A stretch of 34,456 nt of DNA from an uncultured Rhodothermales bacterium (GTDB taxonomy: Bacteria > Bacteroidota > Rhodothermia > Rhodothermales > VXPQ01). The position numbers and the translations under genes are program-made. The stretch covers positions 30,322-64,777 of the forward strand of contig CAZMXY010000002.1 of NCBI GenBank assembly GCA_964570345.1. Direction: 5' to 3'. Below the pieces are notes generated by a model, which had not been told where the DNA came from, searched no databases, and saw nothing but the letters and a program-made list of their open reading frames with translations. Of this stretch, positions 1 to 8,276 are shown in pieces; positions within the stretch are counted from its first letter, which is position 1; every line of letters starts with the position of its first letter.

Positions 1-740
1 TCTGCCTCCGCGTTCGCGGCAGCGACGTCGCCTTCGGCCGCCGCTTCCGTCGTATCCTCGCCGGCCGCTTGGCCTTGGGTCTCGACCGTTTCTTCGACGA
101 TTATAGGTTCGGATTGCACAGTCGCCGCGCGCTGCTCGCCGGCGGCTGGCGAAGCGGTCTCCTCGGCGGCGTCCGGCTCGGACTCCGTCTGAGCGACGTT
201 GGCCTCTTCCTGGGCCTTGCGAGCCTCGGCAGCCGCTGCGGCGCGCTCTTCGGCCGCCTTCTTTTTTGCTTCGTCAGCCTCGTGTTTCGCCTTGGCCTCG
301 GCTTCCGCACGTGCCTTTGCCGCTTCCTCTTCCTGCTTTGCGACCCGCTCACGCTCCTCTTCGAGCGCTCTGCTGCGGCGCGCGGCGGCCGTCTCCTTCA
401 CCTCGGCACCGATTTTCTCGTAACGATACTCACGGTGCTTAGCCACGGCTTCCTGGATTTCCGATTCCGATTTCCCCTTCCGTTGCAGACTGTATGCCAG
501 GAGAACGCCCTCGCGTTTCAATAGATTGCGCACCGTATCGCTTGGCTGGGCTCCCTGTGAAAGCCAGTAGAGGATCCGATCCTCTCTTAGCTCGACGGTA
601 GAAGGCTCACGGAGCGGCATATAGCGACCGAGGTCCTCAATGAACCGGCCGTCGCGGGGGCTGCGCGAGTCGGCCGCGACAAGAGCAAAAACGGGAAGCT
701 TCTTGCGGCCCATTCGGCGCAAACGAAGTTTAACAGACAC
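1..740 (-). CDS. rpsP: 30S ribosomal protein S16 with long Ala/Glu/Lys-rich C-terminal extension (3' end runs off the window)
   Basis: Not in the ORF track because no stop lies in the window. Manual translation from GTG at 740 gives [40 protein letters not shown]...[19 protein letters not shown], the S16 signature. AGAGGA RBS upstream; open to position 1; follows ffh as is usual. Confidence 0.96.
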   Translation of the reverse strand, partial: MSVKLRLRRMGRKKLPVFALVAADSRSPRDGRFIEDLGRYMPLREPSTVELREDRILYWLSQGAQPSDTVRNLLKREGVLLAYSLQRKGKSESEIQEAVAKHREYRYEKIGAEVKETAAARRSRALEEERERVAKQEEEAAKARAEAEAKAKHEADEAKKKAAEERAAAAAEARKAQEEANVAQTESEPDAAEETASPAAGEQRAATVQSEPIIVEETVETQGQAAGEDTTEAAAEGDVAAANAEA

Positions 741-820
741 GATCTTTATTCCTCTTTTTCTTGATGATCCGGTTCAAATGGATGTCGATTTGAATCGACC
801 TCATATCGCTTTCAGTGCGC

Positions 821-2173
821 TTACTGCACCTTACCCATTAGCTGCCCGAGATCGACGGAGCGCCCTTTACCCATGAGCCGAGACATCGTCTTCATCATCT
901 TTTTCATTTCGCGAAACTGCTTGAGCAGCTGATTGATGTCCCGCACCTCGGTGCCGCTTCCCTGAGCAATGCGCCGACGGCGGCTCCCGTTCAGGACGTC
1001 CGGATCACGGCGCTCCTCAGGCGTCATCGAGAGGATTATCGCCTCGATATGCTTAAAGGCATCGTCATCGACGTCGAGGTCCTTGATCTGACGACCGACT
1101 CCCGGAATCATCCCCACGAGGTCGCGAAGCGAACCCATGTTCTTGATCTTCTGGAGCTGCTCGTAAAAGTCGGCCAAATCAAAGTCTTGAGAACGGATTT
1201 TGTTGCGCAGGCGCTCGGCCTGACGCTCGTCAAATTGCTCCTGCGCGCGCTCCACAAATGAAACGACGTCGCCCATTCCCAGGATGCGCTGGCCCATTCG
1301 ATCCGGATGGAACGGAGTAAGGGCGTCCAGTTTCTCGCCTATCGACGCGAACTTGATCGGTTTTTCGACGACGGTACGAATAGAGAGGGCGGCTCCACCT
1401 CGCGTATCTCCATCCAGTTTCGTGAGAACGACACCGCCGAAGTCGAGTCGGTCGTTAAATTCTTTCGCCGTGTTTACGGCATCCTGGCCCGTCATACTGT
1501 CCACGACGAACAAGATTTCATCGGGACTGACGGCCCGCTTGATTTCGGCAACCTCCTGCATCATCGACTCGTCAACGTGCAGGCGACCGGCGGTGTCGAT
1601 GATCACGACGTCGCGAGCCGTTCGGCGGGCTTCCGCGACCGCCTCTTTCGCAACGCGAACGGCATCCTTTATCGGTTTCCCGTCTTCTTCGAGGGCGAAC
1701 ACGGGCACGCCGATCGATCGCGCTAACGTCTTGAGCTGATCGACAGCCGCCGGCCGATACACGTCGGCTGCGGCCAGCAGGGGCGCGCTCCCTTCCGACT
1801 TCAGATATCGAGCCAGTTTACCACAGAATGTGGTCTTACCGGATCCTTGCAGCCCCGCTACGAGAATGACAGTCGGTGGATTCGGACTTCGCCGAATGTC
1901 CTCCTGAACGTCGCCGAGTAGATGAACCAGCTCGTCGTAGACGAGTTTTACGAGTTGCTGGCCCGGCGAAACGGAATGTAGGACGTCTTCGCCGAGCGCT
2001 TTCTCCTTGACTCGATCGGTAAAATCGCGTGCCACCTGATAATTCACGTCCGCGTCCAGAAGCGCACGCCGAACTTCGCGCATCGTCTCCGCGATGTTCA
2101 ATTCGTTGATGCGTCCCTGGCCGCTGAGGTTCTTCAGCGCCCCTTCGAGCTTTTCAGATAGACTTTCGAACAT
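821..2173 (-). CDS. ffh: Signal recognition particle protein Ffh
   Basis: [21 protein letters not shown] and TKLDGD GTPase motifs; Met-rich M domain (SMTPEER...[12 protein letters not shown]). Confidence 0.98.
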   Translation of the reverse strand: MFESLSEKLEGALKNLSGQGRINELNIAETMREVRRALLDADVNYQVARDFTDRVKEKALGEDVLHSVSPGQQLVKLVYDELVHLLGDVQEDIRRSPNPPTVILVAGLQGSGKTTFCGKLARYLKSEGSAPLLAAADVYRPAAVDQLKTLARSIGVPVFALEEDGKPIKDAVRVAKEAVAEARRTARDVVIIDTAGRLHVDESMMQEVAEIKRAVSPDEILFVVDSMTGQDAVNTAKEFNDRLDFGGVVLTKLDGDTRGGAALSIRTVVEKPIKFASIGEKLDALTPFHPDRMGQRILGMGDVVSFVERAQEQFDERQAERLRNKIRSQDFDLADFYEQLQKIKNMGSLRDLVGMIPGVGRQIKDLDVDDDAFKHIEAIILSMTPEERRDPDVLNGSRRRRIAQGSGTEVRDINQLLKQFREMKKMMKTMSRLMGKGRSVDLGQLMGKVQ

Positions 2174-2203
2174 GTATCTTCACTGAATTCGCGAACGCTC
2201 GCC

Positions 2204-2209
2204 AATATA
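2204..2209 (-). promoter_or_regulatory. Putative -10 element (TATATT) for ffh
   Basis: TATATT on the minus strand about 30 bp upstream of the ffh ATG; the same hexamer lies upstream of lepA and of the TonB receptor. No clear -35. Confidence 0.4.
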
Positions 2210-2471
2210 AAAGAAGGCTTCCGCCGACAGGTTAACAGCGAAGCCTTACGCGCCCCAGGCGCAGACAAGTCAAAATACTCTCAACTCTCGTCGCAATCAA
2301 CCAAACCGACTGGTGCCGGCGCTACCGGCCGCGGACGTAGACGGGGTGGGTCGGATTGTAAACGATTGCGGTACGCAACAGCTTGAAGGCATGATCCGAG
2401 CCTCCGAAATGAGGAACGCCTATTCTCTCTTCCTCCTCATTTTTTCACGAGGCGCGATTTTGCTCCACCTT

Positions 2472-3086
2472 ATGCATGCAACGAAGACGGAGCTTCGAGC
2501 TCGATTCGATTCCTATCGACGAAACTTGAGCGATTCGGAATACGAACGCCTGACCAACCGAATCCTCGACCGCATTGTCGGGGTGCCGGAATTGATCACG
2601 GCGGACACGGTTCATGTTTACTGGCCGATGACTGATCGTCGCGAGGTCGATACCCGACCGCTCATAGAGCGGCTGCGTGCGCAGGGAAAGGAGGTCGTGC
2701 TGCCCGTGGTCGTAAGCTTCCAGTCGGCGGCACGCGATGCACCGCGAATGGAGCACGTTCGTTATTTCGGCGAGGACGGCCTGCGTCTCAATCGCTGGGG
2801 CATCGCCGAACCTATCAAGCGCGAATCCGTTGCTATAGCCGACCTTGACGTCGTCGTCGTACCGGCCATGGGAGCCGATCGCAACGGACATCGGATCGGA
2901 TATGGACACGGCTTCTATGATGTGTTTCTCAGACAGCTCACCGCACCAAAAGTAGCGCTCGTATACCACGCTTGCCTCGTCAAGGAGATACCGATTGAGG
3001 CGCACGACGTACCCATGGACATACTCGTAACGGAGAATGACGTGATCCGCCCGACGTCCACTCCCGGAAGAGGCGCGTCGTCATGA
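2472..3086 (+). CDS. ygfA: 5-formyltetrahydrofolate cyclo-ligase (YgfA/Fau family)
   Basis: EVDT, VVLPVV, WGIAEP, DVVVVP and RIGYGHGFYD motifs. ATG 2472 (MHATKTELR) fits family length better than the ORF-track start at 2313. Confidence 0.92.
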   Translation: MHATKTELRARFDSYRRNLSDSEYERLTNRILDRIVGVPELITADTVHVYWPMTDRREVDTRPLIERLRAQGKEVVLPVVVSFQSAARDAPRMEHVRYFGEDGLRLNRWGIAEPIKRESVAIADLDVVVVPAMGADRNGHRIGYGHGFYDVFLRQLTAPKVALVYHACLVKEIPIEAHDVPMDILVTENDVIRPTSTPGRGASS

Positions 3087-3119
3087 TTCGTCGCGCTCGT
3101 AGGCGTCCCCCGACGCTGA

Positions 3120-3145
3120 TGTAACCTGCGGCGGCATGCGCCGTA
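3120..3145 (+). promoter_or_regulatory. ECF-sigma-type promoter TGTAAC-N16-CGTA upstream of the pspC genes
   Basis: TGTAAC at 3120-3125, 16-bp spacer, CGTA at 3142-3145, 36 bp before the ATG; same layout as B. subtilis SigW/SigX-type promoters. Confidence 0.55.
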
Positions 3146-3181
3146 TATCTACACGCCACGCGCTTTCTCTACTCTCTCGGA

Positions 3182-3814
3182 ATGAAGACACGCACACAAA
3201 GACGATCGACGGAACACGCAGCCGAACTCCTTCATGAGGAGAAAGAATCACTCGATCTCGAATCGCTTACCGATGACGAGCTTGAACGTCTGCTATTCGA
3301 AGAGGAGCCTGCTACGGAAAGTGGATTCTGGAATCTGCCCACCATATCGGGTCTGTCGCTAATCGTCGTAGGCATTGCTTATCTATTTCAGGAACTCGGT
3401 CTCTGGAATGGTTTCGACGTCAGTGTATTGGCCGAAATGCTTCCCTGGCTGGCCGGTATTCTGATCATCCTTCTCGGCTTCGGCGTGCTCTCCTGGCGAC
3501 CAAAGAAAAAACGCCGGGTGAAACGAAGCGTCGACCTCGCCAGCGGCCGAGAGAAAGTCGTCGTCGAGGCGAAGAAAGGAAGCGACGAAAAGAAACGGCT
3601 GACGCGCTCACGCAACAAAAAAATCTCGGGAGTCGCTGCCGGCATCGCCGAGTATTTCAATATCGACCCGACGCTCGTTCGAATCGCTTTCGTGATCGGT
3701 TTGATCGCCTCGAGCGGACCTCCCGTCATACTTGCCTACATCATCATGGCCATCGTAATGCCCGAGCCGGACGCGGACGTCGCTGAAAAGAGTATCACGA
3801 TCATCAAAGACTGA
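3182..3814 (+). CDS. Membrane protein with LiaI/LiaF-like TM hairpin and C-terminal PspC domain
   Basis: Two N-terminal TM segments (GLSLIVVGIAYLF; WLAGILIILLGFG), then the PspC motif KRLTRSRNKKISGVAAGIAEYFNIDPTLVRI...YIIMAIVMP. Confidence 0.85.
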   Translation: MKTRTQRRSTEHAAELLHEEKESLDLESLTDDELERLLFEEEPATESGFWNLPTISGLSLIVVGIAYLFQELGLWNGFDVSVLAEMLPWLAGILIILLGFGVLSWRPKKKRRVKRSVDLASGREKVVVEAKKGSDEKKRLTRSRNKKISGVAAGIAEYFNIDPTLVRIAFVIGLIASSGPPVILAYIIMAIVMPEPDADVAEKSITIIKD

Positions 3815-3821
3815 GCCGGCC

Positions 3822-4016
3822 ATGAATACAACGAAACGCCTTACGCGACCTCATGCCGAGCGAATGATCGCCGGCGTCTGCGGCGGCATCGCGAATTACT
3901 TTGATCTCGACCCCACGATCGTACGGGTGGGATACGTCCTCCTGAGCCTCCTTTCTGCTGGATTCCCCGGCCTGCTCGTATACGTCGTCCTCTGGCTCGT
4001 CATGCCCCAGGAGTGA
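3822..4016 (+). CDS. pspC: PspC domain protein (stand-alone)
   Basis: KRLTR...RMIAGVCGGIANYFDLDPTIVRV...YVVLWLVMP; starts 7 bp after the previous gene. Confidence 0.9.
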   Translation: MNTTKRLTRPHAERMIAGVCGGIANYFDLDPTIVRVGYVLLSLLSAGFPGLLVYVVLWLVMPQE

Positions 4017-4127
4017 GTTCTCGGATTCCGTCTCCGGGAGATAGGACCGAAATCAGCGAGCAGAACCGGCCTCTCGATTCGCGCTTTTTTACGATTTATA
4101 CGTTTCCGGCGACGGCCGACGTCTACC

Positions 4128-4703
4128 TTACGCCTCGACGAGCTTGTGGTCGGTCCAGATCCCAGTGAGATTGTTGAGAGCACGGATGCCGGCGTCTGAG
4201 ACGACGGCGAATTTGTCTTGCTCGGCGATCTCCGCTAATACCGCGTGAGGAATGGTCTCGCGAATGTTCTTCAACAGAGGGGGGATGTTCGTCAAGTGGC
4301 GATGCGCGACCTCGGCAACATTTTCCTCGCCGATCGAGAGACCGAACGTATGCAGCATCACGTACGAGATCGCCGCCAGGTTTAGCGCCGTGTAGTCATC
4401 GCGGAGCATACGAGAGAGCTCGTACTTTCGCCTCTTATCGTACACGCCGGCTGCGGCGCCGAGGGCGCCGGTCACCACTTTCTTCAGCAGCGATTCTCTC
4501 GCCGCACCGTACGTCCCGATCAGCTTTTCGATCTCGCCGACGTGCGCCTTCATCACGCGTTCGATGCGTATGACCAGCTCGTTTACGTCCGGCCGCTCCC
4601 GGACGGTCTCAGCGCCCCGCTGCCGCTCCACGGCTTCCAGAACATGTTGGATTACGGCCAGAATGTCGCTCAAGTGCTTTCTGATGGCTTTCTCACGCTT
4701 CAT
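4128..4703 (-). CDS. Hypothetical all-helical protein, probably a ferritin-like (DUF892-related) four-helix bundle
   Basis: 191-aa ORF of amphipathic helices with LRDDYTAL..A.ISY.MLHT; fold assigned by resemblance only. Confidence 0.6.
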   Translation of the reverse strand: MKREKAIRKHLSDILAVIQHVLEAVERQRGAETVRERPDVNELVIRIERVMKAHVGEIEKLIGTYGAARESLLKKVVTGALGAAAGVYDKRRKYELSRMLRDDYTALNLAAISYVMLHTFGLSIGEENVAEVAHRHLTNIPPLLKNIRETIPHAVLAEIAEQDKFAVVSDAGIRALNNLTGIWTDHKLVEA

Positions 4704-5090
4704 TCGGTACCTCTACAAGGTTTGGCTGAGACTATCCCCTCTTACTCCCGGCATCGACCGAGCTCGCAGCGGCGAACGAAAGTCAAATACCTGATGCGGA
4801 TACTGGTACGCTGTTCTAACGGAATCGCACCGTTCAGATCGTAAACAAGTCGTTAATCGCACGAAGCATGGAGACGGCGCGAGGAATGGCCCTCGCGCGG
4901 TCATCGGAAGGCCGTTTCCGGTACGATTATCCTCCCCGTAGGATCAATTTGACCGGATTCGACTGATCCAGGCGGCGCCGAAGGGCGAATTCTGGTCGAC
5001 CACCCTCCTTCTCATGAACGGCACGGTCGTTGTTTGCCACACGAATCGAGGCACGAACTGCGTGCGAAAGATGAGAACGTAGACTCGAAG

Positions 5091-5516
5091 ATGATCAGCG
5101 AGATTTCGCCATATCGGTATGAGGGCATAAGGGTCCTCGTCGCTGAGGACAGCTCCATCAACCGACGACTGAGCCGATTGCTTCTAGAGATGCTCGGGTG
5201 CGCGGTGACCGCGGTCGAATCGGGCTATCAAGCGGTCGAGGCGTATCGCCGTTCTGATTTTGACGTGATCCTCATGAATTGCCAGATGCCGGGTCTCGAT
5301 GGATTCGCTGCTACCGAGGCCATTCGCAACATCGAGCACGCGCGTGGCAGCCGCAGACGCATTCCCATTCTCGCCATTACGGCGTTTGCCCTACCAAGCG
5401 ATCGCGATTATTGCATCCGTGTCGGAATGGACGACTGCTTGATCAAACCGTTGCGCAAACCCATGCTTACGGAAGCTCTGGGTCGTTGGCTGAACGTTCA
5501 GTCTCTGAGCGCTTGA
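5091..5516 (+). CDS. Stand-alone CheY-like receiver protein with the phospho-acceptor Asp replaced by Asn
   Basis: VLVAEDSSINR...DVILMNCQMPGLDG...IPILAITA...GMDDCLIKP. ATG 5091 chosen; TTG 5034 is possible. Confidence 0.8.
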   Translation: MISEISPYRYEGIRVLVAEDSSINRRLSRLLLEMLGCAVTAVESGYQAVEAYRRSDFDVILMNCQMPGLDGFAATEAIRNIEHARGSRRRIPILAITAFALPSDRDYCIRVGMDDCLIKPLRKPMLTEALGRWLNVQSLSA

Positions 5517-6810
5517 GTTCCGGAAGCATGCCGGCCATGGCCGTGTGAAGCCGGTCCGGTCTAACGTGTGCTCGAAAGACTTCAATGGCTTGCTCGAGCG
5601 ATACGGATTCAACTTCGCCCGGGAAGTGATCTAAGTACTCGACGCTGAATCCCCTTTCGGCATTTTTGAGAAGCGTGCTCGCAAGTCCTGACGTGGTGGC
5701 CAGACCGACCTTGAAGCTGCCTATGACGGTCGTCTTCTTGTCTTCAAGCTCTTCCGAGGTCAGCCCGCCCTCCACGAAACGCCGCACTTCCTTGATCGTC
5801 TCCTCCACCCCGCTCTCGAGCTTGTCCGAGCTCAGGGTCACGGCTACTTGCCAATGCCCCGAATATTCGGTCGAAATTCCGTAGAGGCCCGAACGGATCC
5901 CGTACGTCAGGCCGAGTTCATCGCGGATCGCCTGCATCAATCTCGCCGAAAAGTTACCGCCGAGCACGTAATTCGACAGGTAAAGGGGGACGTAGTCAGG
6001 ATCATCCCTCAGCAGGTCGACGGCGTGTCCAAGCCTGACGTCGACGTTCTGTTTGTCAGGCATCGGGACTCGACTCACACCAGGCTCAGGCGGTAGAACC
6101 CGTGCATCGAAACGAGCAGGCGCATCGTGCACCTCCCAGTCTCCGAAATGCGATCGCACTGATTCCTCGATGACCTCTTCGTCGAAATCTCCCACTACGA
6201 CGAGCGTCAGGTCGTTCGAGCCGAAATGCAGCCTGTGATAGTCGCGTACCTCGTCGACCCGGACATCCAGAAGCCGAGCCATGCGCTCGGCAGGATCGGG
6301 TGTGTAGTTCGGGTGTGCGCGCGAATAAGTCGCCCTCGTCAACGCGCCCAGTGCCTGGCTTCCGGTACTCTCCAGAGAACGTCGAATCGACGCGATCATG
6401 CGCGTCCGGCTTTTCTCAAATTCGGCAGGATCGAACAGCGGCTCCCGCATCTGCTCCGAAACGAGTTCAAGGACGTCCGGAGCGTCCGCCGTGAGCGCTC
6501 GCCCCGCGAGATCGACGTAGAGACCGTCCGAATCAAACTGCACCTGGGCACCCCGATTTTCCAGTTCTTCGGCAATCGCAAAACGATCGAGTCGCTTCGT
6601 CCCTTTGTCCAGCAGGGACACGCTGAGATTCTGGATCAAATCTTCATCCGCACCGAAATCCGGCATGGCTTTGAAGGACCCCTTCCACGACACGACCGAG
6701 CGTACGGGAGTCCGAAGCATGAGGAGGCGACACGGCCCTACCTTCCGCTCTCGTACTCGTTCAGCGAACGGTGCAAGGCTCGAGACGTCCGTGAGTGTTG
6801 ATCCGCTCAT
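5467..6810 (-). CDS. M16B peptidase family protein, non-catalytic partner subunit
   Basis: LLDKGT, LENRGA and LGGNFSARL..IRDELGLTYGI (R/Y pair); no HXXEH. Confidence 0.88.
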   Translation of the reverse strand: MSGSTLTDVSSLAPFAERVRERKVGPCRLLMLRTPVRSVVSWKGSFKAMPDFGADEDLIQNLSVSLLDKGTKRLDRFAIAEELENRGAQVQFDSDGLYVDLAGRALTADAPDVLELVSEQMREPLFDPAEFEKSRTRMIASIRRSLESTGSQALGALTRATYSRAHPNYTPDPAERMARLLDVRVDEVRDYHRLHFGSNDLTLVVVGDFDEEVIEESVRSHFGDWEVHDAPARFDARVLPPEPGVSRVPMPDKQNVDVRLGHAVDLLRDDPDYVPLYLSNYVLGGNFSARLMQAIRDELGLTYGIRSGLYGISTEYSGHWQVAVTLSSDKLESGVEETIKEVRRFVEGGLTSEELEDKKTTVIGSFKVGLATTSGLASTLLKNAERGFSVEYLDHFPGEVESVSLEQAIEVFRAHVRPDRLHTAMAGMLPELKRSETERSANDPELP

Positions 6811-6866
6811 GTGTCATATGGAAATAGATGCGTAACGGCGCGGCGACGTCAGGTGAAGCGGTCGCG

Positions 6867-8177
6867 TTAAGCGGGAACGTAATATCCGATCGTGCGGCTG
6901 TCTTCGACGAGGTACTGATTCGCGACACGCTGAACGTCCTCGGCCGTTACGCGCTCAATACGACCTTGCATTTCCGAGAATAGCTTCCAGTCACCCGCAG
7001 CAATGGCTTCGTTTAACTGCGCGGCTACGGCGAATGGGCCGTCGCGACCGAATGCGTCCTGCGCCTTGTGCTGATTCTTCGCTCGCTGCAGCTCTTCGTC
7101 GCTGATTCCTTTGGCTTTAACATTCTCTACCACTTCGAGTAGCGCCGATTCGACTTCAAGGTGCGTTCGATCGGGCGCGAGCATAGCGAAGAGGTAAAAC
7201 AACCCCGGATCGCGCAGACGCGACGAGCCGGAGAACAGATGCGTGGTCAGGCCGTCATCCGTGAGACGTCGATACAGGCGGCTGCTCATGCCGGACGTCA
7301 AAACGACGGAAAGCACGTCGAGGGCATCCGTGTCGGCGTCGAGTCCGGCTGGTGACTTGAATGCAGCCATGACGGCGCCCAGCTGACCCGTCTGCCTGAC
7401 CGATACGCGCCGCTCGCCTCTCTGGCGCGGTTCGATCGTGTGGACCCGTGGGACGCCGGAAGGAGACGAGGATATCCCTCCAAAGTGTCTGGCGAGCAGA
7501 TCGAACACTTCGCTTCGATCCAGATCCCCAATGACGCTCGCCGTAGCGTTGTTCGGCCAATAGAAGGTATCGTAGAAATGACGAAGACCCTCCACGTTCA
7601 CGTGCTCCACGTCGCTTCTCCATCCGATCGTAGGATGATGATACGGATGAGCCGCGAATGCGGCGCTCCAGACGGCATGATAGAGCGTGCGCGTAGGGTC
7701 GTTTTCTCCGCGGTCAAGCTCGTTCAAGATGACGGTACGCTCGCTCTCTACGTCGTCCGTCGCGATTCGGGCGCCGCGCATTCGATCGGACTCTACTTCT
7801 ACGGCTAGTCCGAGGTGTTCCTTCGGAAGGAGCTCGTAGTAGTTCGTTCGATCGAACCAGGTCGTGGCATTCACCTCCGCTCCAACGCGCTGCAGTACGT
7901 TGAACACGGACGTTCCGGACTGCTTGTTGAAACGCTCCGTCCCTTTGAACATAAGGTGCTCGAGGAAATGGGTCGCGCCCGTGAGTCCCAGGGATTCGTT
8001 TCGACTGCCGACGTGATACGTAACCATGAACGTAACGACCGGCGCAGCGGCCTCCTGGAGGAGCAAGACGTGTAACCCGTTAGCGTCGAGACGGTACGAT
8101 TCGATTCCCCCGGACTCTTCTTCGAACGTGAAGGCGTCATGAACCTCACTGCGGTGAGCGGGTGATCGGTCACTCAA
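6867..8177 (-). CDS. M16B zinc peptidase (pitrilysin/insulinase family), catalytic subunit
   Basis: YHVGSRNE...GATHFLEHLMFKGT (HXXEH), NATTWFDRTNY, ERTVILNE, HPYHHPTIGW; TTG start uncertain. Confidence 0.93.
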   Translation of the reverse strand: MSDRSPAHRSEVHDAFTFEEESGGIESYRLDANGLHVLLLQEAAAPVVTFMVTYHVGSRNESLGLTGATHFLEHLMFKGTERFNKQSGTSVFNVLQRVGAEVNATTWFDRTNYYELLPKEHLGLAVEVESDRMRGARIATDDVESERTVILNELDRGENDPTRTLYHAVWSAAFAAHPYHHPTIGWRSDVEHVNVEGLRHFYDTFYWPNNATASVIGDLDRSEVFDLLARHFGGISSSPSGVPRVHTIEPRQRGERRVSVRQTGQLGAVMAAFKSPAGLDADTDALDVLSVVLTSGMSSRLYRRLTDDGLTTHLFSGSSRLRDPGLFYLFAMLAPDRTHLEVESALLEVVENVKAKGISDEELQRAKNQHKAQDAFGRDGPFAVAAQLNEAIAAGDWKLFSEMQGRIERVTAEDVQRVANQYLVEDSRTIGYYVPA

Positions 8178-8276
8178 TGTTCGCGTCGTTATTTCGTGAG
8201 TAATGCAATGAGGAGACCGTGGGGCCGTCGCCGCCGACCGACGAAACCTCTCGCAGGTGCCGCGAAGCGTGCACCT

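Noticed and set aside
69-524. Plus-strand ORFs 69..524 and 199..423, and minus-strand 101..352
   Set aside because: Shadows of the low-complexity rpsP tail; the S16 frame explains the region.
2214-2247. Possible SRP RNA or helix-8 mimic next to ffh (CAGG...CAGC)
   Set aside because: No GNRA tetraloop or AGCA symmetric-loop geometry, too short, and on the strand opposite the ffh mRNA.
2251-2350. Possible ZTP (pfl) riboswitch near a folate gene (GACTGG on plus, CGCCTGGG on minus)
   Set aside because: The two motif halves lie on opposite strands, so the aptamer cannot form.
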